From Octopus bimaculoides (taxonomy: Eukaryota): a DNA stretch of 64,000 nt. Position numbers and translations under genes: made by a program. Numbering within the stretch: position 1 is the first letter of the stretch; the number at the start of each line of letters is the position of its first letter. The stretch covers positions 150,387,248 through 150,451,247 of the forward strand of contig NC_068982.1 in assembly GCF_001194135.2 (NCBI RefSeq), read 5' to 3'. The notes beneath the pieces were generated by a model. It did not search any database, was not told where the DNA came from, and was given only the letters and a program-made list of their open reading frames with translations. Shown one piece after another: positions 26,521-38,870 of this stretch.

Positions 26521-27659
26521 AAATGGGCCTCAAAGTAAAACAAGTAAAAACAAAAAATATTTTATGAAGAAAACATTTGTTGCTAATTACAATTCTGAGG
26601 TGGAAGTATTGAATAAAAGATTGATTGGATTAAATAATTTGAATGTCTGTGATAATTAAGACTATCTTTTTTTTTATAACACCTAATCAACTCTGACTTG
26701 TGAATCATGTTCTAATATCAATTGCTTTCACTATGACATAAGTTAATTTTATTTACTTTTCTCTCACAACAAGACCATTAAATACCATTAAATAACATTT
26801 CTCTTTATAAACATTAATTTACTATTGTTTTGATAGTCATATTTTATCACTCCCACTCAAACACACTCAAAGCACTTACATCCCCCCTCCCTGTATCATT
26901 CATTATATGCTGGCTTTATTGACATTCCAGTCATGGGTATTGTTTTTTATCCCGTTATATTATTTTCTGAATTGAAATTTTCAATATGTTTTTACCATTT
27001 TAAAATAGTAGGGAGTAGGTTAAAAAGGATTTGGCTGTTATCACAAGCGTGTCCAATAACTATGTACAAGCTCCTATATTGGAACAAGGATGTAGACTAT
27101 CAGAGATGAAGGAGAAACAGCAACTGTCATACTACAGCTGAAACCTCTTTACTTGCCTCTAGTGAAGCTCCTACTAGAGTCTACAAGTATACGGGAATAG
27201 CAAAAGACATGAAACACTCAGATTGTCACAATTCATTCCTTCCATCAAATAAACTGCTCTAAGTTGGAATAGTCTATATAAAAAGCTATGGATCACACCC
27301 TGTTGTTCAACTAACTATATAAATATCATACAGCTGTTCAACCAGGGTTCACTAAATCTAAATAACAACAGCCTACACAACAACAACCTTCACTTTTTGA
27401 CCAGTCATCCTGTCTCAAGATGCATTCCTCTGTAATTCACTCTATGCTCATGTTTTCGTCTCCTATATTAACTACTTGTTATCTCTAATTCCCTGAAGAG
27501 GGATAACATTTACTCATCTTCACCAGACTAACAAATAAATAATTTAGAATGGGTACATAATTATTAAAATCAATCCCAAAACAGACAATTGGAGCCTGAT
27601 GCAACTCTCTGGCCAGCCAGCGATATACTGTGCTTGAGAAAATCTGTCAAATAGTTGTG

Positions 27660-27822
27660 GCCAATGCCAGTGTCACATAAAAAGCACCCATTACTCTCTT
27701 GGAGTGGTTGGTGGGCATCCAGCCATACAAACCATGCCAAATGAGATTGGAACCTGGTGCAAACATCCATCTAACCCATGCCAGTATGGAAAGTAGACAC
27801 AAAATGATGATGATGATGATAG
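27660..27822 (+). repeat. RTE 3' tail repeat
   Basis: CACATAAAAAGCACCC..GGGCATCCAGCCAT..CCCATGCCAGTATGGAAA..(GAT)n. Confidence 0.7.
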
Positions 27823-28019
27823 TATAAGATCAGAGATTTGTAAAAGTGGATTGAGTATGTGTAATTGTTTCAATACCCTTTGTAACTGATAGCCATTTTA
27901 TCCACCCTGGAAAAAATTTGAACTTTGTTGGGGTAAGTAACTATATACCAATAAAGAAAATTGAGTCCAACTTTCTACCATCTCAACCACTCCAACAACA
28001 GCAATAATAATTTAAGAAC

Positions 28020-28230
28020 TGTGGTTGGCAGAAACATTAGAGTGTTAGACAAAATATCTTGCAGAATTTGTTTCAACTCTAAACATTCTGAGTTCAAATC
28101 TTGAAATGCAAATCCTTTGCATTTCATCCTTTCAGTGTTGATAAAATAAAATATTCAAGTACTGGAGTCAATATAATCTACTACTTCCCACCTCCCAAAT
28201 TTCTGGTCATGTCCCTACATAAGAAATTAA
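28020..28230 (+). repeat. tRNA-derived SINE (same family as 39868-40284), diverged
   Basis: TTCTGAGTTCAAAT..TTTCATCCTTTC..GATAAAATAA..TACTGGAGTCAAT. Confidence 0.6.
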
Positions 28231-28668
28231 CGAGAAAGATATGCCATAATATACATCTGGAAGATCCTCGAAGGAATTGTCCCAAACTTTGGCATCGAAA
28301 GTTACACAAATAAAAGAACTGGACGCCATTGCATAGTGCCAAAGATGTAGGACAAGCTACTGCAATAGCCTGGGCTTCAGAGGTCCACAGCTCTTCAATA
28401 TCCTCCCGAAGGACCTGAGAGACCTGCATGCGGTGGATGTAGGTGTCTTCAAGATGAGGCTGGACCTCTTCCTGTCAGGTGTCCCAGATGAACCAACTTC
28501 ACGGCAGGAGGTGCGGATGAGAGCAGCTGTATCAAACTCTCTCATGCACCAAATGTCAATTCCTGAAGTAAAATTTGTGAAGTAAAATTGTGTAGCAACA
28601 CCAAATGGCAGTGCCCCAGCATGGCCACAGCTCATGAGCTGAAACTAGATAAAATGAAAAAAAAAAAT
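28231..28668 (+). mobile_element. CR1/L2-group LINE 3' end
   Basis: RERYAIIYIWKILEGIVPN..; RTSYCNSLGFRGPQLFNILPKDLR..FKMRLDLFLSGVPDEP..RAAVSNSLMHQ..*. Short 3' UTR ends CCCCAGCATGGCCACAGC..CTGAAACTAGATAAAA. Confidence 0.7.
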
Positions 28669-29487
28669 TAATAATAGCATTTCTGTATTTGATGAAACAT
28701 TCAGCAAGTTGATAATGTTAGCTACACCATGTACCTGTAATAGAGAGGATAGAGGACACCTACTATAGCTACAACAGAACTAGACAGATTTAAGAGCTAC
28801 TGTAAAATAAAATATTAAATACTAGCAACAACAGAACATTTAAATGGTCACTAGTGGCAAGAAATAGCAACTTGCTGCCTTACGTAAAGAAAAAGGTACA
28901 TTAGATAATGCAGCCCTGAATACCATTAAAAAGAGAAGGCAGTCATGGTTGGAATGTCTTTGATTATCAAACTGCTTGATTGAGATTCACCTCAAGAACA
29001 ACTTTTGATGTTAATCTTTTTAAAATGAGTGAGTGGTGCGCGCACACACACGTGTGTGTGTTCATGTATGTACATGTGTGAATACGTATTTATCAGGTTG
29101 TTTCAGAACAATTATTTAATGTTCTTAGCTGACATGGCTTAAGACTTATAGATTATAGCTGATTAGTATTTCCGTTTCAACTTTATTCACCACTGGGCCA
29201 ATGACTATGGAATTAGAACTATTTAAGACCTATTTAGCTTATTTGTTTACTGACAACTATAAAAGCACACAAAAATTTGAAGTATGAGGAACAGTTTAAA
29301 CTTGCAGATAAATGTGAATTAGCATGGGTCCACTGACTAGCTTATTTCAATGTATTGATAATTACAAACAAAAAAAGTTTCAACTTTGAGGAAAACCTGT
29401 CAGAAATAACAGCCAAATCTGTACCCTCCAATGTAAGAAAAAGGAGAGAAAGGTCAGCTAATACAGTCATAAAATACTTAAAATTAA

Positions 29488-31895
29488 CTCTCTGGTGTTG
29501 CGGTTTTGTATTTTTCATAGTTAGTGCGGTGGGGTATGGAGAACTCCACTCATAGTTTAGCTATTTTTAGTACTTTTTATTTCTTTATATGTGTTCTGAA
29601 GCAATAATATTACCAAAAAACATATTCTGATATAATGTATTTATTTAACATGTAAACAAAAACAAACGAGAGTACTCTTTGAAAATGAAGGTCAAACAAA
29701 ATAAAACTATTTTTTGGTGGGGAGAGTGCTCCTTTCATGTTAACTCATTCTTTGCACTATCATCCTCATCACTCTGAGCGAAGCAGTCAATCCAAATGTA
29801 CATAGCATGTTCCAAGTAGATGGGCTTATAGCAGTTCTGGTAGCAATTTCTTGTCTTATGATCTTTTGCCCTGGGGCACAATGAGCATCTTTGTATGGAA
29901 TCTTCACAATGACATTTTGGAGGTAATTCCTTAGATGCCGAGAAATGTTGAATCTTCCTTTTCAAGTCTTTCCTCAAATATGAGTTTGTCTTCTGATGAT
30001 GGATATGGTCCTCCACCAACTTGAGTCTCAGTTCCCTCAGAAACTTTAAGCACCTGACAGCTGTTTGAGAGTTTTCCATGAATATATTGTATGCATTTAT
30101 TCCTGCAACATTGAGTATAGTGTAGAAAACTGTAACTGGCCAATGTGAAGTATTTCTGGAAACATTGTAGATGGAATACAAGTGATCCACAGTGTCTACT
30201 CCTCCTTTAGTACTGTTGTAGAAGGTAATAATCTCTGGTTTTCTTTTGTACTTTCATCAATTGTAGCATCATGATGCATTGTGCTCAGTAGGACAACATT
30301 TTTATCTTTCTTGGGAACATATGAGGTCAGTGTAACATCCTTCTGGAAACCAAACAAGCTTGTGTATTCAGTTTTGCCTCTTGTGGCAAAAAACTGAGGG
30401 GGAGGTTCTTTCTTGTTCTTTCTCAGAGTTCCAACTAATGCTAACCTGTAATTCTTCAAGAGACCAACTTCAGATCCGTAACTTGTAAACCAATTATTCA
30501 TTGTAATATTTTTTCCAGACCCATTTATATAAGACACCAACCATTTTATCACTGCTGTTCCTGAATTATCTACTATAGAAGAGCCTTCTGGTTGTTTCCC
30601 CAAATAGAACTCCATACATGACACAGAAAGTTTTAGCATCTGCCAAAATATATTTTTATGCCGTGTTTTGCTGGTTTACTTAGCATGTAGACCCTGAATG
30701 GACAGTTCCCTCTAAAAGCAGCTAACATTTCATTATAATTGGAGACATTATAACTGGAGATACAATTATCAATAAATTTCTCAAAGAACATTCTAAAAGG
30801 TGCCAACTTATCTTCCAGTCTCCTTTCAGCCATCAAATCTCATAGACCCTTCAGTCATCAAAACTCATAGACTTCAGCAGGAAACAAAATCACTGCAAAG
30901 ACATAGTTACTGGAAAAATTTCAATTCCTGTACTATCAGTTGCCCAAACATCTTCCATATTCATTCAGTTAACACTAAAAACTCCTAACAGATAAAGCAG
31001 TCTTATTACAGCTTCCATCTCCCGTTCATTAGTATGATCTTCTTTTGATTTAGCTTTATATTTTCCTTGTTTACTGTCAATGTAGATATTAGTGCAAGCT
31101 ACTAATTCATTCAGAAGTTCTTGTGTGAGAAACGAAGACCAGCAGTCCTTTGCAGCATACACATATTTTGCTGCTTCTCTTGGTCCTGGTGAATCCTTGT
31201 ATGTGTTGTGTGCACATGTATGCCATGGAAGACATGGGGGAACTTCTTTCCAGAGAGTTTTATTATTTTTGCCTATAAACTGTTTTTTCTGTGTTCTTGG
31301 TAGCCTGCTGTTCATCTTCATCATTAGCTTCATCTGTTTCTTCTAAAGGATCATCTGGTGAAGTCTGCAACATGCCATCTGCTTCAGTTCCTCCCTCTTC
31401 ATCTGTTGTTTCATCCTCAGCTATACTCTCTTCTTCCTCTTCATCTGGTTCTTCATCAAGAAATGATCCTGATTCTTCTGTCTAATTCTCTCTCAACCAT
31501 CTCTCTCAATTTTCCCGTTTGTCTTTAGTAAACCATTGTGAATCTGAAAGGAAAGAAGATTTCTCACTTTTGGTCAGTTGACAATAATATATGTGAGAAA
31601 TAATCAGCCTTTCAGATATAAAAATAAATAAGTAAAATAAACAATAATAAAGAAAAGGAAACAAAAATGTACCTGTCAATAAATAGTACAGTGAATGGTA
31701 TGGTGGGTTATGCACAACCCCAGACACAAATAACAGGTGTGTACACTTCTCATCACTCAGCAAGTAACCAAGTGGAATTGTGCATTACCTCAGTGAAGTG
31801 TGCTGAGATGGATAGCACTATAACTGCTGCCAGATGTAAGATACACATACAAACATCACCTGGGGTATGAGATATCCCACTGCACCACCAGAGGG
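29488..31895 (-). mobile_element. Full-length (2408 bp) piggyBac transposon, inactive
   Basis: TTAA at 29484-29487 and 31896-31899. TIRs CTCTCTGGTGTTGCG / CCCTCTGGTGGTGCA (12/15), plus subterminal palindromic repeats and a broken transposase. Confidence 0.9.
29735..31536 (-). pseudogene. piggyBac (PGBD-like) transposase pseudogene
   Basis: Acidic N-terminus; EMLAAFRGNCPFRVYMLSKPAKHGIKI; ITMNNWFTS; VGTLRKNKKE; VVLLSTMHHD; GVDTVDH; WPVTVFYTILNVAGINAY; C-terminal Cys-rich RCSLCPRAKDHKT. Several frameshifts and stops; the first two catalytic Asp positions read Asn. Confidence 0.88.
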
Positions 31896-32199
31896 TTAAG
31901 GTGGAAATTAATTTTCTTTCTATATAAACTATATAGAGTTACACCCCTTCACATTCTGAGTTCAATTTTCACATCTTTCTTTCACAAGGGACTGTATCTC
32001 ACCCCATCTTCAATGTTTCTAACTTTGAACCTATGTCAAAAATAATTACATCTCTACACATTTTGGCAAAAATATGAACATACACAAAACAATGGAATCG
32101 CAATCATAATATTTAACCCTCATTTTAAGGGTTGATATAGTATATTTTAATTCAAGACATTAATAGATGATTATCATTTAACCCTTTTCCTTTATAAAT

Positions 32200-32345
32200 C
32201 ATCATCATTGTTTAATGTCTACCTTCCATGCTGACATGGCTTGGACGGTTTGACAGGAGCTGGCCAGACAGGAGCCTGCACCAGACTTGTGTCTGTTTTG
32301 GAATAGTTTTTACAGTTGGATGTCCTTCCTAACACCAACCACCCA
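32200..32345 (-). repeat. RTE 3' tail repeat, antisense
   Basis: CATCATCAT..TTCCATGCTGACATGG..GGATGTCCTTCCTAACACCAACC is the reverse complement of the tail family. Confidence 0.7.
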
Positions 32346-33269
32346 GCAGAGTGGACAAAATGGAAACAGAAATTAATATAAGGAGAAATAAAGTAAATAA
32401 AGATGTTAATATCTCTCTCAATATGGTAAGCTGATCTTGCAGAATAAGTAGAGCAATGGACAAAACGTCTTGCAGCATTTCTTTATGTTGTGAGTGCAAC
32501 TTTGCTCTCCATCCTTCTAGGGCTGGTGAAGTAGTGAAATCAATTTTAATTGACTGTTCTCCAGCCTTAAAATATGTGGATATAAAATGAACTAGAATGC
32601 CTGACCTACAAGAAATAACAGTCAAGTCTCCCTCATATCATTCACCTTCTTAAAAACAAAAAGAAAAGAAAGTACACACTATGTAGTCTAGATGTATATT
32701 ATGTACTCCAATATATACAAAAAGATGGGTTAGTTATAGCTGGAATGGCTCAGTAAGATTTGAACTAGCAACATAAAGGGAAAAACTAAAACAGGTAAGG
32801 TATTATATAAGCAACAATATATGATAAAGAACATAATTCTGATCACATCACACATTTATGTACAGACCACACTCACACATCACCTAAAAACAAAAAAAAA
32901 ACAATATTGAAAATGAAAGACAACTTGGACATGCATGAAGTACAGCTTGTTTCTGCAACAAGTTACAACTCACACAGTACCTGTCACTATGTGTTCACCC
33001 CAATCCCCAAAACATATTTACATCTCAGAACACCACAGAACTATCCTAAGTGAATGAGAGAGAGCATTTGTGTGGTGGCTTGACTTATAAAAAGAGTTGT
33101 CAAATAGCACACTACCATCTTGAAAGAGAATAGAAACACTGAATAATGTAGCCCTTGATGTAATAATATTCAAGAGAATAATTGGATCTGCTCAGTCATG
33201 GATGACTTGGGGCTAAACAACTACAACACCATCTTAACACTATTCTTCTTGTTCAGTTGAGACAAAACT

Positions 33270-33520
33270 ATATGCATAGATGCTGGTATGGCTTGCAACC
33301 ATGTGGTTTCACATTCAGTCCCATTGTTTGGCACCTTTGGCAAGTGTCTTCTGCTACAGTCCTGGGCCAAATAAAGCCTTGTGACTGGATTTGGGAATCA
33401 GAAACTGAAAGAAGTCCAGTGTGTGTGTGTGCGTGTGTGTGTGTGTGTGTGTGCGTGTGTGTGTGTGTGTGTGAGAGAGTCCAACCCATACCAGCATGGA
33501 AAACGGACATTAAAGGAGGA

Positions 33521-33525
<5 letters not shown>
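33270..33525 (+). repeat. tRNA-derived SINE (head and body as 45571-45960) joined through (TG)n to an RTE-type tail
   Basis: Body GGCACCTTTGGCAAGTGTCTTCT..GGATTTGG..GAAACTGAAAGAAG, then (TG)n, then CCAACCCATACCAGCATGGAAAACGGACATTAAA. Confidence 0.7.
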
Positions 33526-33554
<29 letters not shown>

Positions 33555-33556
<2 letters not shown>

Positions 33557-33770
33557 AGGTGTACTCTTGTCTTGACACTGTGTGACAGTTGTGAATAGGC
33601 ATCAGCATCCTACAAGGGACGTTGTTTGTTTCTAGTCTTCTGTGAAAAACATGTCTGGCCATAGGGAAATATTACCTTGCTGGAAAACAGTGACAGTCGG
33701 TCATAGGAAGTGTATCCATCCATAGAAAATCTGCCTCAACATGGAAAAGAGAATGTTAAAACAATGATGG
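33555..33770 (+). repeat. Dispersed SINE-like repeat (second copy ~62310-62450)
   Basis: ATGTCTGGCCAT.GGGAAATATTACCTTG..GGAAA(A)CAG..AGGAAG..AAAATCTGC is shared between the two loci. Confidence 0.6.
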
Positions 33771-34099
33771 TGTATCCGTGTACTCTGCAAAAATGTACAA
33801 ATGTACCCAGTAAAAGGCTGAACTAAAATAGCTTGAAATCTTAAACCAATTTTGTTGGAAACTTGCTCTTCCTAACCAAAATATGTGGGAGACACAGACT
33901 CAGTGCTTTGGCTTTTTCATTGGTTTGATTTGAAGTAAAGGGCTGTACTCATTGTCTTTGAGACTGGTACAGATTCCTCTTTGAGCAATGTCAGAGTGAT
34001 GCCGAAAAGAAGAAAATGGTCAGAGAAGAAATTATGCAAAGCTGAACTGTCATTCTAGGAAGGAAGGACTGGGCATAGTGGTTAGTGTAAATCAAGGGG

Positions 34100-35380
34100 G
34101 TGGGGCCAGACACAGTATGAGTAATGAAAGGAAGCAAGACAAATCAAGAGTACATGAAACCAGCCAGCTCCAAGGAGTAGAATCAACTGTAGTAGAGGTA
34201 GAAAAGGTAAAGTGAGGGGACAGCATATGTCTGGGCTGGAACTTAGAATTTTCTGGCTTGGGAGAGGAAGGTTAGTTTTTGTGATGCACTTTGTAGCAAC
34301 CTTGAGGGTTCTAATTGTAAGTTGTTCATGTTTAGGAAGGAGAGTGTATACCAGTTTTTTTTATGTGCAGTGATTATGTATGTGATATTGATATGACCTC
34401 ATTGGAGAATCGTTACTTTGAAGTGATTTGCAGTTCTGATGGAGTGGAAAGAGACAAAATGTGCATAGTGAAGTTGGATACATTCATAGAGGTTTTTTCT
34501 GCGGTACTGGAGAAGTGGAAGGGAGGAGGATTCCACAAAGTTGTTGGAAATCCATTTGACAAGGACCCCAAAAATTAGCTGCACTTTGGGAAGTTTTAGA
34601 TAATGGTCTTGAAGGAGATGTAGTACTGGCTAAGAGCCAACAAGTTTACAGTAGTAAGTAATTTTTCTCCAAGTGTTGCAGGTCATGCCTGTTGCCTGAA
34701 CTATTGCAATGCAGCTATGAAAGCACCACTTTTGGTTATGTGTGGGATGTGGAAGGCCATTCTAAAGAGGATGGTTTCAACCACTTACCTAGCTGTACTT
34801 GATGGTTCAGTGATAACACTTACCACCAGAGATAGTTAATAGAATTGAGTTCCAACTTGGCTTCAAGTGCCACAGAATGCAGTAGGTAGAAGTGTTGCTT
34901 TGTATGTGAATGTGTGGATGGTAATCTCAATAAGACAGTGGTTAAACCCAATAGATGTGGTGAAAAAGAGATAACAGATGTGATGTTTGAATTTCTGTGT
35001 TAGTTAGGGATGCAGGGGATGAAATTAATTGGTGTAAAACAATGGAGATTGCAACCATCAGTATGAGAGGAGTGGAAAGCACTGAAGATACCAAGAATGA
35101 TACATCAGAAAAATGTGAGGTGAGATATATTTCTTTGATAAAGATTGAAGAGGATTGGGTTGCTAGAAGAGTTTGAGCCAAAGTAACTGTAAGACCTTGC
35201 TGCTGATGTCCAAGGAAGAGTGATGAGTGTCAAGAAGAGTAGACTTTATATAGGTACAGAAACCTCCTTTCAAAAAGAAGTTCAAGTACAAAGTGTAGCT
35301 TGGATAGCAGAAATGAGTTATAAAGTACCAGGTAAGAGCTTGGTTTTGAGACAAATAAGATATATAATTTGCATATTAAT
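34100..35380 (-). mobile_element. Degraded LINE endonuclease-region fragment (CR1/Jockey-group-like)
   Basis: PSYTLYLNFFLKGGFCTYIKS..SSLD..LWLKL resembles an APE endonuclease N-terminus; heavily decayed. Confidence 0.4.
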
Positions 35381-37429
35381 AAGACATGATGTATAAGGTC
35401 TAGGTTGAATTAGATTCAACAGATATTAGTAAAGAGAATGGAAAATTATCTAGAAGATTTATTGTTATTTACTAATTGAGGGGGGGGGGTCTAGGAAAGT
35501 GCAGTGGATATCAGTGAACCATGAGATCATAATAACAATAAATTTTTTGTCAAGTGCCTGGTCACAAACATTTGCAACAGAGTTTAATATCACTTCTATG
35601 GGCCTGGAAGTGATTTCAAATTGTGTGGCACCACCACAAACCTCTACCATCCCTCCTAAAAAGAAGACTCCCTATATGTTCATTTAGCTCATTATATATA
35701 GCAAGATTCATTAGACAATATGACACCAGTCACATGATTCACGGCCAAGCAACAATGCATCAAAAGTGTCAAAAGAAGGAGATCAAGAGAGAGTGAGAGA
35801 GAAAGAGAGACATTAGAGATACCAGTGTCAAATGAGCAAAATGAGGAATATAGAGAAATAGTAAGAGAAAGAGGGCATGGGAGGCAGATAGTAGACAATT
35901 GCTCACCTCACAGTGTGGAAGGTACTGACTCAGTGTGGGAAATACAGACTCAGTATGAGAGATACACACTTTAATAATGAAATAAACTGGTCAGGTAACA
36001 AATAGTTTCTAAATCAAATCCTGTGAAGTGGCTTGACAACAGTGCAAATGTAATTAATGAGCTCCTAAAATAGCAAATAAAGGCACATTGTGCTTGCCTA
36101 CTTAAGTACAAATGGAAGGAAATAGGATTATTGTTCAAAGATGAGTTCTTCTAAATAACAGTAGAATAACAATAATACAACTATGATGAAATCAAAGGAT
36201 TAAATTCACAAATAATCTAATCTGAAATCTGTGGAAACAGCTAACAGATTTTAGATAAATAGGGAGAATGTTTCTAAATGCTTCAAAAGCAGAAAAAACA
36301 AAAGGACTTTTTTTTTTTACAGATTTATTACCTTATTTTAGTTGCTGAACAATCTTTCTGAGCCATATAAGATACTGTATTGTGATCTAATAGTATTCCT
36401 GAAGAAATTTTATAAAGAACAAATATCTGATATGGTGCACTCAGAGAATTCTTCTACTGAGTTCAGAATGATGGAGTGAAAACACCCTAAAAATTGCCTC
36501 TGTCCAGAAGGAAGACAGAAGCATCTGCACTATATTATTTAACTACCATAGTAACATCTTCATACATGTTAAAGTTGATATGCAACATATAGAAGCAGCA
36601 CTGTGAGAGACTCAACTCTGATTTTAGAAGACATCAAAGCATATGTGACTTGAGATTTACTGTCAGGCAAATCATAGAAAAAAAATTCATCAAACAAATT
36701 ATATGTATTGTAATTAATGAAAGACTGAGATTTTTTCCAAATTAATAGTATAAATAAATTGTGCTGCATGAAAATTAGAAATATTCTTCATTCTTTTATA
36801 TTGTAATGGAGATTTAAAATATATATTAATACTCAAATCCTTGAGCTTCCATGATGAGAAGGTAGGTGCTTAATCAAAAGGATACATTTACTTCAGTTGT
36901 TTGCAACTTTTAAGACAACACCTTTTGTGTCTCTATGGGGAAAAGAATAGGCATTGAGGTTTTCACTGTGAGAAGTTAACAGAGTAAACCAGTTCAGACT
37001 GAGTTTGTTGTCATGTTAGATATATGAAATGTACAAGTTAAGGACTGAAATGATTAGGGACATATACAAAGTACAGAAAATATTCCAGTTCATGTCCCAG
37101 ACATCTACTAAAATATAAGGGTGTGTATTCAAACCCTGCTAGAAGCGCCATAGCTTGGAGAGAGAGAGTGTGTGTGTATGTGTGCGTGTGTATGTGCACG
37201 CACGCACCAAAGCTTACCTATCAGGCCTACTATCAGGAAAATATGTACGGCAATACTACTTTGTGGTAGGAAAGATATCAATCTGTGCATCATGACTTGA
37301 AACAAGGCAATCTAATCTCTCGACTTTAGTTAAGACAAAAACTAGAAACAAACCAAAAGTGATAATATCTAAAAAGGAAATTACGAGAGTTATATCAAAA
37401 GTAATGCAAAAGTGGGCATAACTTTTTTA

Positions 37430-37997
37430 GGATCTTTTTTAAAACGGGGGCCACATTTTTCATTAACGAAACACTTTGAAACTTGGAACACTGGTAGAAT
37501 GTGTCATATAAAACATCTTTTTCTCTTAGTCTTCTTTAAAAAAAAAGAAATCCATAAGTTATTCCATGTTAAAGTTGTCGTATTTCTGTAATTTCAACCA
37601 ATCACTGACGTCCATTCAGCCGATATACATTAAGTGCCGACTACATAAACAAACGATTCTGAAACAATTAACCCTAACCCTAGGGTTAGGGTTAGGGTTA
37701 GGGTTAAAGTAAATTTAAAATGAAAAAAGCAAATAAAACGAAAGTATGGAGATTAAATACGCTTTACATCGCTTAATCAGCCAAAGGAGTAAATGTAAAC
37801 AACTGAATACTTGTCAGTGATTGGTTGAAATTATCGAAATAAAACAATTTTTCACATGAAATAAATTCGAATACAAAAATATTTTTCTGTTCTATAACAC
37901 AAAATAGATAAGTATACGAAGTTTGAAAGTCTTTCCGTACCAAAAACACTACGTAAAACATTAATGAAAAATGTGGCCCCCGTTTTAAAATAGATCC
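37430..37997. mobile_element. 568-bp palindromic MITE with telomeric-repeat core
   Basis: 37-bp TIRs GGATCT[T/A]TTTTAAAACGGGGGCCACATTTTTCATTAA (36/37). Perfect 8-bp TSD CTTTTTTA at 37422-37429 and 37998-38005. Inner 29-bp inverted repeat (27/29). TAACCC/TTAGGG centre at 37669-37706. Confidence 0.85.
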
Positions 37998-38354
37998 CTT
38001 TTTTATTAATTAACACAGGATGTTCAAATTCCACATATTGCTAGAGTAACTCTTTTGTTCTTCATTGCAGGAAAATAATGGGTTCTAGCAGCATAGCATC
38101 ACTGAGTTCTTGACAAAGGAGGGGTGTTGGCTGTCTGACATCCACAGAAGGCTACAGGTTGTTTACAAAAATGATAACATTGAAAAAAAGCAATATGCAC
38201 AGAAGGATGAAGTTTAAAAAGGAAACCAGCATTGAAGACAAACTATGCAGTGGGGGATCATCGACTATGACCAGACATGAATCGCCAGTGAGTAGATAAA
38301 CTGATTCACAAACGCAGACAAGTCACAATAAATGAACTTCCTGTACACCTAGAC

Positions 38355-38664
38355 CAGTGGTTCCCAAACTTTTTCAGGCTACCAGCCCCTTGACACTCAG
38401 GCCACATTCCTAGCTCCCCCACCCCAAGTAACCATCACAAACATAGACCTCTTTCTGAAACAAATTCAAAACAACTGTATTTCACAAATAAAACTTAACC
38501 TAATGACCCCATTATTTTGTTGTTTTTACATAAATTGCCATCCCATTATCACCTCAATCTTTACATGAATTGCTACCCCATTATTGCCCCAATTTTCTTC
38601 AACACTCCTTAGGAACTTTCCACTCCCCCCAGGGGGGCAATACAGCCTACTTTGGGAACCACTG
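38355..38664. mobile_element. 310-bp hAT (Charlie-like) MITE
   Basis: TIR CAGTGGTTCCCAAA (14/14); 8-bp TSD ACCTAGAC / AACTAGAC. Confidence 0.85.
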
Positions 38665-38719
38665 AACTAGACTATGGTCATAATGCATTACCGAAAATGG
38701 AAGGCTTTTGGTATCGGAA

Positions 38720-38870
38720 ATCATCATCATTTAACAACCATCTTCCATGCTGGCTTGGGTTAGATGTTTTGACAGGATCCAACAAAATGGCAAGACCGTG
38801 TCAAGCTCCATGATTTCTACAGCTGGATGCCCTTCCTAACACAAACCACTTTACACAGTGTGTACCTTGG
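38720..38870 (-). repeat. RTE 3' tail repeat, antisense, nested in mariner
   Basis: CATCATCATTTAAC..TTCCATGCTGGC..CAGCTGGATGCCCTTCCTAAC. Confidence 0.75.

Noticed and set aside
33257-33575. ORFs rich in VC/HT/YI repeats (also 49354-49775)
   Set aside because: Translations of microsatellites.
37669-37706. TTAGGG repeats as a true telomere or chromosome-fusion scar
   Set aside because: Only ~6 units, enclosed by TIRs and a TSD, so part of a mobile element.
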